A DNA stretch of 64,000 bases, from positions 43,283 to 107,282 of IMG/VR virus record IMGVR_UViG_3300036819_000087; one strand, given 5' to 3'. Every line of letters starts with the position of its first letter. Position 1 is the first letter of the stretch. The DNA is from a virus. Positions 1-9,133 of this stretch are shown piece after piece. The translations under genes were made by a program, and so were the position numbers. The notes below the pieces were generated by a model, which did no database searches, was not told the DNA's origin, and worked only from the letters and a program-made list of their open reading frames with translations.

Positions 1-101
1 GACTCGGCGATCAGGGCGACATCACCGCGGCGGGCGTTGCCGGGGAACCGTTCGAGCTGGCCGAGGGGCACGTCGCGGGTGTCGAGGTATTTCGCCGGCA
101 C
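1..101 (-). CDS. ParB/Srx N-terminal-like protein, 5' part (runs off left edge)
   Basis: GTG at 101 after GGATAGGGG; VPAKYLDTRDVPLGQLERFPGNARRGDVALIAES resembles ParB-N proteins that precede actinophage terminases. Confidence 0.6.
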   Translation of the reverse strand, partial: MPAKYLDTRDVPLGQLERFPGNARRGDVALIAE

Positions 102-138
102 GGGTCACCCCTATCCGGGCATATCTCGAGTGGTGGTT

Positions 139-384
139 TCAGGCGGCGGCGCGGCGGTCGCGTTGCTCGGCGAGGGCGGCGGCCTTGGCCGCGTCGATCA
201 GCCGGTACTTGGGGCGGCCGCGGCCGTCCCGGATCTCCCGGCCGCCGCCGTCGACCGCGACGGGGAGGAGTCCCCGGTCCCGCCAGTTGCAGACGGCCTG
301 GACGCTGACGTTCCGGTCGGGTCTGGTGGCCCACGCGGCGACCTGGGAGGCGGTCAGCAGTGCCTGGAGGTCGAGGTCGGTCAC
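139..384 (-). CDS. Small MerR/Xis-like HTH DNA-binding protein
   Basis: LLTASQVAAW..VSVQAVCNWRDRGLL..GRPKYRLID. Confidence 0.75.
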   Translation of the reverse strand: MTDLDLQALLTASQVAAWATRPDRNVSVQAVCNWRDRGLLPVAVDGGGREIRDGRGRPKYRLIDAAKAAALAEQRDRRAAA

Positions 385-402
385 AGGATCACCCCCGGGC
401 AT

Positions 403-484
403 AAAAAAGCGGCCCGCGGGGCGCTGGGCTCCTGCGGGCGTAGTGATCCACTCGCGATACTACACAGTGAAGTCCCCGCCGCAA
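403..484 (-). promoter_or_regulatory. Putative late promoter followed by leader terminator
   Basis: TTGCGG(484-479)-N16-TAGTAT(462-457); GCCCGC/GCGGGC hairpin then T6 (408-403). Confidence 0.5.
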
Positions 485-504
485 GTGTGCCGCGTTGATG
501 CTGG

Positions 505-1272
505 TCATCGTGTCGGCGGTGCGGCGGCCAGGCTGTCGACGATCGCCTCGTATTCGCCGTACTTCAGGACGCGGCCGCAATTCGCGCAGGCCACGTTCTC
601 TTCCCCCTCGACCCACACCATGAGGCGGAGCCGGCAGAACGGGCAGCGGAGCGGTTTGGTGATTTTCCGGACGCCGGCTTTGGCTTGCCGGAACCAGGAC
701 TGATGCCAGGCGAGGACCTCCAGGCCGAACGCGGCAGCGAACGGGACCGGGCCAGCCTGCCCCGTCTCGACCGTGCCCGTGTACTGGAGGATGTCTTCGA
801 GGTGGGTGCCGAGCCAGGCGATGACTTCGGTGGCGGCGGACGCGAGATGCCCGGACCGGGCCGGGGGCGGGGCGATCCCGAGCCGGTCGTGACAGAACAG
901 GATCTTCCACCCGGTCAGGGTGCGGAGGAGCGCGTCGAGCTGGTCGCCGTACTCCGACGGGGACAGGGGTTCGGCGCTGCCGGAGACCCGCTCGGCGGCG
1001 TCGCTGGACGCGGTGTGGCCGTCGGCGGCGTAGCCGATCAGGGCGGCCAGCACGTCGAGTTCGGCGAGCGCTTCGCGGATACGGGACTCGTGCGGGGCGC
1101 ACCACACCGGCCAGCCCCGGCGGGGTTTGGTGTCGGGGGGTTCGGGGCGGGACTGGTCCGGGTCGAGGCGGCCGTGGTCCGCGTATTCCTTGAGGGCGGC
1201 CCGGTAGGTGGCCATTTCGGCGCGGTAGTTTTTGTTGCAGGCGCCGGGGCAGATGCCGTCCTCGTAGGTCAT
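505..1272 (-). CDS. Zn-ribbon protein, putative late regulator (OvmZ-like)
   Basis: C-terminal RCPFC..VACANC; paired with downstream small HTH. Confidence 0.6.
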   Translation of the reverse strand: MTYEDGICPGACNKNYRAEMATYRAALKEYADHGRLDPDQSRPEPPDTKPRRGWPVWCAPHESRIREALAELDVLAALIGYAADGHTASSDAAERVSGSAEPLSPSEYGDQLDALLRTLTGWKILFCHDRLGIAPPPARSGHLASAATEVIAWLGTHLEDILQYTGTVETGQAGPVPFAAAFGLEVLAWHQSWFRQAKAGVRKITKPLRCPFCRLRLMVWVEGEENVACANCGRVLKYGEYEAIVDSLAAAPPTR

Positions 1273-1520
1273 GCGGTTAAGCGTGGCCGGCCGCAAGAGG
1301 TGCCGCCAACCTGAACGGCCCCCGGCCCGCCGTGGCGTTCACCACAAGCGGAGCACGGGGGCCGCTACCAGGGCCGCCGGGGCCCTCCCCGGTGGAAACG
1401 GGGAGGGAACACCGGACCGGCCGGTACTACCCGGCACCCGGGGTCTCCAGTCCCAAGCACCGGGCCGGCCTGCCGGGCCCTCCCCCAGGGCAGACGGGGA
1501 GGGATCATAGGCGGGCCGTC

Positions 1521-1667
1521 TTAGCCGCGGCCTCTCGTAACTCGGCGGGTGCGGCGGCGTGCTTCGCGGCGGCTCATACCACGGCCACGCATCGTGCGGT
1601 AGTAGACGCGGCCGTCAGCACGGTCATCGCGGCGTGTCTGCCGATCACGGCGGTTCTTCCCGAACAT
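1521..1667 (-). CDS. Small Arg-rich basic protein (48 aa)
   Basis: GGAGG RBS; MFGKNRRDRQ... Confidence 0.6.
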   Translation of the reverse strand: MFGKNRRDRQTRRDDRADGRVYYRTMRGRGMSRREARRRTRRVTRGRG

Positions 1668-1680
1668 GGGTTTCCTCCGT

Positions 1681-2202
1681 TTATTCTGCTGTGCTGTCGC
1701 CGGGATCGGCGGGCAGTTCGGGCCAGATGTGGCGTTCACCGCGGGGGCCGGGCGGGACCGGGCCATCACCCCACGTGAACGTCTGCCACGGGCCTGGGGT
1801 GGTGTCGGTGCGGAGCCTGTACCTGGTCGTGGTGGGGTCGTCGAACAGGTCACGGGCCGCGTCATCCGCGGCGGCGGTGAACTTCTCGAACCGCATGTCG
1901 TCGGCTGCGGCCAGGTCGAGCGGCGCGGCCCTGCGGGTCCAGACGGCGCGGACCCGGCCCTCGCCGCGGCGGTAGAACAGGACCCAGCGGCGGGGCGCCC
2001 ACTGGACCTGCAACCCATGCTTGCCGCCGTGTCCGGGGATTACCCCCCACTTGATGCGACGGTCGCGGTGGTCAAGGCGGCGCATCCGCCACGCCTCGTA
2101 CAGGCCCGTGAAAGGGCCGGGGTGACGGGGTGCGACGTAACCGCGGTAGGTGACGCGCCACATTCCCATCGCGATCCGCTCGAATGTTATCGGCGATTTC
2201 AT
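1681..2202 (-). CDS. Hypothetical protein
   Basis: Preceded by ACAACCGAGGAG RBS motif. Confidence 0.7.
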   Translation of the reverse strand: MKSPITFERIAMGMWRVTYRGYVAPRHPGPFTGLYEAWRMRRLDHRDRRIKWGVIPGHGGKHGLQVQWAPRRWVLFYRRGEGRVRAVWTRRAAPLDLAAADDMRFEKFTAAADDAARDLFDDPTTTRYRLRTDTTPGPWQTFTWGDGPVPPGPRGERHIWPELPADPGDSTAE

Positions 2203-2220
2203 TGGGTTCTCCTCGGTTGT

Positions 2221-2586
2221 TCAGAATAGCGGGTCCATTATGGCCGCCAATTCGGCGGCGCGGGTGGCTTTCGCGGTTTCGGCGTGGTGCTCTTTGTCGT
2301 AATGCAAATGGCAGCCTTGGCACATTGCGCGGAGAATTGACGCGCCCAGGACGTTTATGTCCCAGCAGGCCGGCTGGTGGTTGAGGTGGGCGGTGGTCAA
2401 GATGACCCGGTTGCCGGTGCCGTAGGCGGCGCCCTCGTGCTCGTTCGGGCAGCGGCCGGGGTGGGTGCCCCGGCCGCACTCCCCCACGCATTCGCAGCGG
2501 CCGGCGGCCCGGACGAACCGCACCCAGTACGTGATTGCCGTCCAGTTCGGCGGGTACAGGTGGCGGTTCTCCGGGCGGATCGGCAC
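2221..2586 (-). CDS. HNH-like Zn-binding endonuclease
   Basis: MPIRPEN..RCEC..LTTAHLNH..LRAMCQGCHLHYD. Confidence 0.8.
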   Translation of the reverse strand: MPIRPENRHLYPPNWTAITYWVRFVRAAGRCECVGECGRGTHPGRCPNEHEGAAYGTGNRVILTTAHLNHQPACWDINVLGASILRAMCQGCHLHYDKEHHAETAKATRAAELAAIMDPLF

Positions 2587-2589
2587 CGG

Positions 2590-2889
2590 TCAGCGGCCGT
2601 TCGTGCAGCGCCGCGGGCCGCTCATGATCTTCTTGCGCATGTCGTACAGGTAGCCGATGTAGCAGGTGGCGCCGAAGTCGATCACCCAGCAGACCCCCGC
2701 GCATTTCGAGCACACGCCGCGGTAGGCGGGCTGCCCTTTCCGTTTGGCCCACTTCATCTTGTGGCCGAGGCGGGTCAGGTCCTGGTGCTCGCGGACCTTC
2801 AGGCGGGTGCTGTTCCCGGTCGCGCCGACATCTTTGACAGCCTGCCGCGCCCATGTCCGCTGGACGCTTTCGTCGTCGCCGCGGGTCAT
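2590..2889 (-). CDS. Small Cys/His protein (GHxMxW..CxxC paralogue 1)
   Basis: GHKMKW..YRGVCSKC; overlap-coupled to upstream gene. Confidence 0.7.
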   Translation of the reverse strand: MTRGDDESVQRTWARQAVKDVGATGNSTRLKVREHQDLTRLGHKMKWAKRKGQPAYRGVCSKCAGVCWVIDFGATCYIGYLYDMRKKIMSGPRRCTNGR

Positions 2890-3356
2890 GGTTTCTCGGA
2901 CCCGTCGAGCCAGCGGGTGTAGTCGCCGTCTTCCAGGGGGTTCTTGTCGATGTCGCGGTGGAGGAGATGCACGTTGTACCCGGTCCGGTCGAGGTCGCCG
3001 GCGGTCAGGATCGCGATCGACGGGGACCGGTGCCGGCCTGCTGTGCAGCCGACCGCGATGGTGACGGGGACACTGCTGCGGCGTTTCCGCCCGTACAGTT
3101 GGGCGGTCATGGTCCGGGCCATGCCGGCGAGGTCGGTGACCAGGTCGCGGACGCCGGGCGTGTACATGACCCGGTCCAGGATCTCCTGGTCGCGGGCCGT
3201 CAGGGCGCGGAGGGCGGGGTCGACGCCGGGGTCGTGGAACCGGTGCTGGACGTTGACGGTGATCTCCGCGTCCGCGGGGGGTGGGCCGTTCCGGTACCCG
3301 AACGAGACCAGGACGACGTGGGTGCTGTCGGGGACGAACCCGGTGGTGGTGATCAC
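2886..3356 (-). CDS. Stand-alone RapZ C-terminal domain protein
   Basis: VSFGY..DP.LRALT..IAVGCTAGRHRS. Confidence 0.85.
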   Translation of the reverse strand: MITTTGFVPDSTHVVLVSFGYRNGPPPADAEITVNVQHRFHDPGVDPALRALTARDQEILDRVMYTPGVRDLVTDLAGMARTMTAQLYGRKRRSSVPVTIAVGCTAGRHRSPSIAILTAGDLDRTGYNVHLLHRDIDKNPLEDGDYTRWLDGSEKP

Positions 3357-3757
3357 ACCGGCTCCTCGTCCTGCTGGCCTTCCAGCCAGCCGTTCTGGTC
3401 GGCGACCCACTCCGGGTAGGCGGGGCCGAGGAGGTCCCGGGCGACCTGGTCGGCGACGTAGTACAGGTGGAGGGGGCCGTGGTTCCCGCCGCCGGCTTCG
3501 GCCAGGTGGCCGAGGGCGCGGCCGACGCGGGCGATCAGCACGTCCGGGCCGGACTCAGCCCACCGGGTCTGCTGAACCAGGCGGACGTAGTCGAGGTACT
3601 GGGCGGTGAGGGCGAGCCGGTCGGCGACCAGCTCGGTGCGGGTCTCGGGCAGGGTGGCGCGGGCGGCCTGGTCCTGGATGTCGCGGGTGAGCCCTTCGAG
3701 GACCTCCCCGATCCGGGTCAGGTGCGGGAGCGCGGTCAGCGCGGGGGCGTCAGTCAT
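3353..3757 (-). CDS. Hypothetical protein
   Basis: RBS motif; coupled to next gene. Confidence 0.7.
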   Translation of the reverse strand: MTDAPALTALPHLTRIGEVLEGLTRDIQDQAARATLPETRTELVADRLALTAQYLDYVRLVQQTRWAESGPDVLIARVGRALGHLAEAGGGNHGPLHLYYVADQVARDLLGPAYPEWVADQNGWLEGQQDEEPV

Positions 3758-3781
3758 GGTGTTTTCCCTCGGTTGTTGTGG

Positions 3782-3961
3782 TCACCGGGTGGTTCCGGTG
3801 TGAGCGTTGCGGCGTGCCTGGCGGATGGCGCGGCGGCCGTTCCGGCCCAGGGCCTTGCGGTGGGCACGCTCGGCTTTCCGGTCCAGCGGGCGGCGGCGGA
3901 AACGTGACTAGGCAAGGCCGGCGGCTAGCAGGGTGACCGCGGCGACGGCAGGCAGTGTCAT
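3782..3961 (-). pseudogene. Small membrane-anchored basic protein interrupted by TAG at codon 18
   Basis: RBS motif + ATG; MTLPAVAAVTLLAAGLA*SRFRRRPLDRKAERAHRK.. continues in frame to TGA at 3784-3782. Confidence 0.55.
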
Positions 3962-3982
3962 GCTGGTGTCGCTCCTCGGTTG

Positions 3983-4651
3983 TTACGGGCGGGTAGGGGC
4001 CGGGTGGATGGTGACGACGGCAGGGGAACCGACCGGCTCAGGTGCTCCGACAGGCGGTACTGCGGGCGGGCTGGCTGAACTGGTCACCCAGGAACCGCCG
4101 TTCTCCGCGCCCAGGACGACGATCGCTTGCCAGGTGATGAGCCGCAGATCAGTCCCGGTGTGGATCTGGCCGCTGGCAGGGAACCACACGTAGTCGCCGG
4201 GGAGCGGGTTCATCCAGTCGTCGGACTGGTCACCGGCTCCGGTGAGCCATGGCTGGCAGGCGACCCTGCGTGTGATGCTGCCACACTCGGCCTGGACGGT
4301 CCGGCCGCTAGTAGTGAGGATTGCCAAGGTCAACGCCCCGCAGAGCGGTTTCTTGCCGCCGCGCTGGCGGCGGGGCATGGCGGTGGGGCAGTGCGCTTGG
4401 GTCGCGGCGGCGAACCCGAACTCGACGGGATCGGAGTCCAGGACCATTCCGGCGGTCATGCCAGGGTGGGGGCGGGTTGTGGGGTGGCTGTCCATGTAGT
4501 GGGTGGCCTCGGTGCGGCTCGACGTACCGGGCGGGCTCGACGTACCGGGCGGGGTGGCTGTCCATGCTTGGCGTGCGCAGGCGGTCAAGGTGCCGCCGAT
4601 GGTGAGCGCAGCGGTGGCGGTAGTCAGCGCGATGACGGTTCGGGAGGTCAT
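3983..4651 (-). CDS. Putative lipoprotein
   Basis: Signal peptide with LTAC lipobox. Confidence 0.7.
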   Translation of the reverse strand: MTSRTVIALTTATAALTIGGTLTACARQAWTATPPGTSSPPGTSSRTEATHYMDSHPTTRPHPGMTAGMVLDSDPVEFGFAAATQAHCPTAMPRRQRGGKKPLCGALTLAILTTSGRTVQAECGSITRRVACQPWLTGAGDQSDDWMNPLPGDYVWFPASGQIHTGTDLRLITWQAIVVLGAENGGSWVTSSASPPAVPPVGAPEPVGSPAVVTIHPAPTRP

Positions 4652-4689
4652 GCTGGTGGTGCTCCTCGGTTGTTTCGGGTGGTGGGGGG

Positions 4690-5925
4690 TCAGGAATTGA
4701 CGGCGCGGAGGCCGCGGGCCCGCTTCACCTCCTCGATGCGGGTCTTGCCCCAGTTGCGGGAGCGGCCGGGGTGCAAGGCGGAGAGGTCCCGGTCGGTGAG
4801 TGTCTTCCGGCCGGGCGCGAGCGACGCGATGTACTCGTCGCGGGCGGCGACCGCGTCGGGGTCCATGGACATGCGGCCACGGCCCGACAGGGCCACATCC
4901 GGGTGGACCTGGTCCGGGCCAGTGGTCCGTTCTGGCTCATCTGGCCCATCATTGGGCCGGGTGTCTGGCCCATCGGCCGGCCCACCCGTGGCCCACGTTT
5001 CTGGCCCATCGGCCGGCCCCGTCTCTGGCCCATTGGGGGCCTCGTCGGGGCCGTGGGCCGGGGCCATGGTCAGGGCCATGAACGGGGCCACCGGGAGGCT
5101 GGCGGACAGGGCCACGCCGGGGGCCACCCCGGCCGGGAGCGGCGCGGCGGCGGTCAGCAGTTCATCGACCCGGCCGAGGGCACCGGTGATGCGGACACCG
5201 GTGTCGAGCTGCCACAGCAGATCCCCCGGGACGTGGTCACGCCAGCCGGTGCCGAACCGGGCGCGGAGCCGCTCGACGGCGGCGCGGCGGTCGATTTCCA
5301 GGCTGACCGCGGTCGTGTAGGAGGTGACTCCCCACATGATCATGCGGCGTTTGATGTACCAGGTGCCGGGCCGGTCGACCAGCCACCTCTGCCAGGGGAT
5401 ACGTTCGGCGCGGCGCCGTGACCGGTCAAGGGCGCGGGCGGCGCGGCGGGCCTCGTTCTGGCGGCGGAGCATCGCATGCCGGGCCGCCTCAACGAAGATC
5501 ACCAGCAGGGCGGGCGCGAACATGCGGATGCCCATCCCCCGGTAGTCGGGCCAGCCGGCGGCGGCGTTCACGGCGACCACCCCGGCGGCGAACGTGAGGA
5601 CCGCCCACCGGAGCCACCACACCGTCCGTTCGGTGTAGACCAGGACCAGGTCCAGGCCCATCACCACGTACAGGCCACCCTGGATGCCGAGGGGGGCCAG
5701 CCACGCCAGCGCCACGTTCAGGTGGGCCGCGAGATGGGCCACCGTCTGGTAGTCGGCGGCGGTGGCGTAGGCCGCGATCGCCAGGCCACCGATGGCCAGC
5801 AGGACCCGCTGCCATGGGCCAAGAGCGGGCCGGCCTTCATGTTCTCCCATAGGGGCCATAGTGGCGTCTGGCCCAACAGGGGGCGGGGAAACACGCGGGG
5901 CGGTCATCAGGTTGGGTCCTTTCAC
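4690..5925 (-). CDS. DUF2637/Spd-like membrane protein with repeat linker and C-terminal HTH-like region
   Basis: About 4 N-terminal TM helices, 'RIPWQRWLVDRPGTW', DGPE/D repeats; lies near TraB. Confidence 0.7.
   Translation of the reverse strand: MKGPNLMTAPRVSPPPVGPDATMAPMGEHEGRPALGPWQRVLLAIGGLAIAAYATAADYQTVAHLAAHLNVALAWLAPLGIQGGLYVVMGLDLVLVYTERTVWWLRWAVLTFAAGVVAVNAAAGWPDYRGMGIRMFAPALLVIFVEAARHAMLRRQNEARRAARALDRSRRRAERIPWQRWLVDRPGTWYIKRRMIMWGVTSYTTAVSLEIDRRAAVERLRARFGTGWRDHVPGDLLWQLDTGVRITGALGRVDELLTAAAPLPAGVAPGVALSASLPVAPFMALTMAPAHGPDEAPNGPETGPADGPETWATGGPADGPDTRPNDGPDEPERTTGPDQVHPDVALSGRGRMSMDPDAVAARDEYIASLAPGRKTLTDRDLSALHPGRSRNWGKTRIEEVKRARGLRAVNS
4931..5033. repeat. TCTGGCCCAT direct repeats (candidate clt/TRS)
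   Basis: Exact copies at 4940, 4964, 5000, 5024; variants at 4931 and 4988. Confidence 0.6.
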
Positions 5926-6605
5926 TGGACCGGTGCGGGTTCATCGGCGAGGGCGAGGGAATCCTCGAACCACCAGCCGAACGTGGGCACGGCACCGCCG
6001 GCGGCCTGGAGCTCGTACACCTCGATGTAGCAGGCGGTGATGTCGTCGGGGAGCCGCAGCGCGCAGGAGTGGGCGTAGGCGACCCGGCGGATCGCGCCTT
6101 CAAGCAGGTTGATCGCCCGTTCGCATTCGGCGGCGACCCGGCGGGCTTTCTCCGCGGCCAGGGCGGCGTCTTGCATCCGCTTCTCCGCGTCGTCGTAGGC
6201 GGGTGATTCGGGGTAGGCGGCGGCCAGGTCGCGGCGGGCCCGTCTCCACGCATCGATCTGGCGGCGGAGTTCAGCGGCGGCTTCCGCCATGTCTTTGCGG
6301 GTTGCTGTTATCAGCTCTGCGCAGTGTTTCCCCTGCTGGTCGAGGAGGGTGGCGAGGTCGGCGGCGAAGTTGTCCAGTTCGGCGCGGGTCCAGTTGGGTT
6401 CTACGTCCCGGTCGTGGAGGAGGGCGGCGGCGTCGCCGGCGGTCAGGGCTAGGGCGGCGCCGGCGAGGGCGCCAAGGCCGAGGACGGCGACGTTGTTGCG
6501 GAGGGCGCGGGCGTACATGGTGGCGGTGGTGTTACCGGCGTCGCGGATGCCTTCGATGAACCGGAAAGCTGCCGCCTCGTGCGGGCCGATCGGGTCGAAC
6601 ATCAC
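5922..6605 (-). CDS. Hypothetical helical protein (transfer region)
   Basis: GGGAGGGG RBS; coupled to DUF2637 gene. Confidence 0.7.
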   Translation of the reverse strand: MMFDPIGPHEAAAFRFIEGIRDAGNTTATMYARALRNNVAVLGLGALAGAALALTAGDAAALLHDRDVEPNWTRAELDNFAADLATLLDQQGKHCAELITATRKDMAEAAAELRRQIDAWRRARRDLAAAYPESPAYDDAEKRMQDAALAAEKARRVAAECERAINLLEGAIRRVAYAHSCALRLPDDITACYIEVYELQAAGGAVPTFGWWFEDSLALADEPAPVQ

Positions 6606-6634
6606 CCCTCCCCTCCCCTACTGTCTGTGATCAC

Positions 6635-6666
6635 GATTGACCGGTCACTTGATTGACCGGTCACTT
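6635..6666. repeat. Tandem 16-bp repeat GATTGACCGGTCACTT x2 downstream of traB
   Basis: Seen directly; each unit contains the TGACCGGTCA palindrome. Confidence 0.8.
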
Positions 6667-6743
6667 CTGGACCCCCGTATATACAGGGCAGGTGTCCGGT
6701 CACGCGGCGTGCGGGCGGGCGCGGGCGCGGTCACGCGGTTTCG

Positions 6744-9083
6744 TCACTGGCTGTGATCCCCGGGCTTGGGGAGGCCGGGCGGGACCGGGGCCTTCCAGAC
6801 CCATTTCTGGGCCGCGCCGCCGGCCCCGTTGGTCCCGACCAGGTCCGCCAGCCTCAGTTTGTGCATGTAGGCGAGGGTGACCGCTTTGTTGATCTTGAGG
6901 ATGGCGGCGAGTTCCCGAGCCGATTTACCCCCGCTGACCAGGGCGTTCACGATGACCACGAAACGATCTTGGGGGATTTCGTGCAGGTCGGCGACCTGCT
7001 GCCACTGGACGGCGCGCGCCTGCCGCATCTGTTCCTCGGTGACCTCGGGCCGGATCGTGGCCGGGTCGGGGGTGCTGTCGAGGACGCGGCGGACCTCGTC
7101 GGCTTTGGTGCCGAGGCCCTGGACCATCTCGTCCAGGCCGGGGACTTCTTCTCGCATCATGCGCTCCAGTTCGTCGAACGAGGTGCCGGCGGCGGGCCGG
7201 TCGAGGGTGGCCACGGCCGCACCGTCCCATTCGGGGGAGGGGCTGGCGTCAGCATTTGCTGACGGGGTGGGGGTGGGCTGGGTGGTGGGGGTGAACCGGT
7301 CCCACTGGCCGCGTGCCCAGCGGGCGAACACGTCCTCGCCGAGGAGCTGGTCGAGTTCGTCGCCGAGGAAGTCCCGCAGTTCCGGTTCGAGCTGCGGCTG
7401 GTGGCGGGCGCGGGCGTTGACCAGTTCGTCGATGTCCTCGGTGTCGCGGAGCTTCCAGGTGCGGCCCATCGTGGTGGCGGCGCCCATCTCGGGGACGAAC
7501 CCCCACACGCCCTTGGCGGTGCCGCCGTAGGTGGTCATGTCGGGCATCCACGAGTTCTGGCCGAGGAGCAGCGCGGACTCGTTCGGGTTGGTGATGCGGC
7601 TCACGGCGAACGTGTCGACCAGGGGCCGGATGTTGGCCCCGGAGGGGCCGCCCATCCAGTCGGCGGTGGCCCGCTGCCCGGCGGTGACCCAGGCGATGCC
7701 CTCGGACCGGTCCTTGCTGTACGCCTGGCCGAGGAGTTTCGCGACGGCGGGGAACTTCGCGGCCGCGTCGATCTCGTCGATGATCACCAGGATGAGGGGG
7801 GCTTTGCGGGTGGGCCGGTGGTCACGGTTCCCGCGTCGGGTGTCGCGGTGCTGGGACCGCCACCAGCGGATCTTCTGGAGCAGGCGGAGGATGCGGACCG
7901 CGCGGGTCCACTGGTCCGGGCCGATCGCGGTCAGGTGGCACGCTGGCGCCCAGTCGAGCAGCTCGGACGCCTTGTCCAGGTTGATGCCGATGGTGAGGAC
8001 ATCCCGGCAGGCGGTGCCCCGCTCGTAGATGCAGTTCATGAGGGTTGATTTGCCCGCGCCGCGGGTGCCGAGGAGGTAGGCGACCCGGGCACCGTCCTCG
8101 GTCCAGACCGGGAGGGTGAGGACCCGGCCGGTTTCGGGAGCCTGGCCGACGGGGAACGGGTCGTGGCAGGTGGCCTCGTTCAGGCCGGGCAGCTCGATCT
8201 CATGGTCGGCGACCAGCGCCGGGTGCTTGATCGGCCGTTTCCACGGGTTGCGGTACTGAATGGTGACCTGGACGCGGCCGGCGCGGGAGTTCGCCGGGAC
8301 CGTAACCTGGACCTGGGCGGGGCGGAGCCCTTCCGCGCCGGCGATCGTTTCGGCGTAGTGGCCGGCGCGGGACCGGAAGTACGACGCTTTCTTGCCGGTG
8401 CCGTTCACGTCGAACAGCCACGCCTCCCCGACCCGGGTGTCCCAGTGGTTCAGCAGGAGCGCCCCGTGCATGTCCCAGCTTGCGGCGCGGTGCTGCCACG
8501 CGGTTTTCTCCGCCTGCCACTGGCGGGCGTACACGGCGGAGGGGAGGTGGTGGACCCACCACCAGGCGACCGCGGTGGTCAGCGCCCACAGCATCGTCAG
8601 GGACGGGACACCGAACGGGCCGCCGAGCACGCCACCCGGCTGGCCTGCGGTCCAGGCGACCCATGCGCCGGTGATCAGGCCGCCGACGGCCAGGCGGCGG
8701 GCCCCGGCCATGTGGTTGCGGCGTTCCCCGGTCCGCTTGTCCTTGCGGCCCGCCGAGCCGGCCAGGAGCGTCACCGACTCGAACACCAGGGTGGCGACCA
8801 CAATGTCATGGCCGGGGAGCCCGGTCACGTGCATGATCTCAGCGGCGGTCCACGCGACCGCGGCGGCCTTCCACACGCGGCGGGCCTCGCGGCCGGTGCT
8901 GGTGGGGGGGCGGCGGGTCAGCGTGTTGTCGTCGCTGCCACCCAGGTCCTCCTCGTCACCCCACTCATCCCCATCATCTGCCTCATCCCGGTCATTCGGC
9001 TGGTCTATCCGGTAGGGGGCGGTGGCATAGGGGTCACGGTCGTCGCTCCACTCGGCGGTGGCGTCCGGGTCGGGGTGGGTCAC
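6744..9083 (-). CDS. traB: TraB-like FtsK/SpoIIIE DNA translocase
   Basis: N-terminal TMs; Walker A GTRGAGKS; Walker B ILVIIDE; RSEGI..GQRAT; C-terminal wHTH (SARELAAILKINK). Confidence 0.85.
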   Translation of the reverse strand: MTHPDPDATAEWSDDRDPYATAPYRIDQPNDRDEADDGDEWGDEEDLGGSDDNTLTRRPPTSTGREARRVWKAAAVAWTAAEIMHVTGLPGHDIVVATLVFESVTLLAGSAGRKDKRTGERRNHMAGARRLAVGGLITGAWVAWTAGQPGGVLGGPFGVPSLTMLWALTTAVAWWWVHHLPSAVYARQWQAEKTAWQHRAASWDMHGALLLNHWDTRVGEAWLFDVNGTGKKASYFRSRAGHYAETIAGAEGLRPAQVQVTVPANSRAGRVQVTIQYRNPWKRPIKHPALVADHEIELPGLNEATCHDPFPVGQAPETGRVLTLPVWTEDGARVAYLLGTRGAGKSTLMNCIYERGTACRDVLTIGINLDKASELLDWAPACHLTAIGPDQWTRAVRILRLLQKIRWWRSQHRDTRRGNRDHRPTRKAPLILVIIDEIDAAAKFPAVAKLLGQAYSKDRSEGIAWVTAGQRATADWMGGPSGANIRPLVDTFAVSRITNPNESALLLGQNSWMPDMTTYGGTAKGVWGFVPEMGAATTMGRTWKLRDTEDIDELVNARARHQPQLEPELRDFLGDELDQLLGEDVFARWARGQWDRFTPTTQPTPTPSANADASPSPEWDGAAVATLDRPAAGTSFDELERMMREEVPGLDEMVQGLGTKADEVRRVLDSTPDPATIRPEVTEEQMRQARAVQWQQVADLHEIPQDRFVVIVNALVSGGKSARELAAILKINKAVTLAYMHKLRLADLVGTNGAGGAAQKWVWKAPVPPGLPKPGDHSQ

Positions 9084-9133
9084 GGTCGTGATCCTCTCGG
9101 GGCAGGCGGGCGGGCAGGAGAAGGGAAGGGGGG

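Noticed and set aside
4515-4552. Tandem GGCTCGACGTACCGGGCG duplication
   Set aside because: Simple in-frame 18-bp linker duplication (PPGTSS x2)
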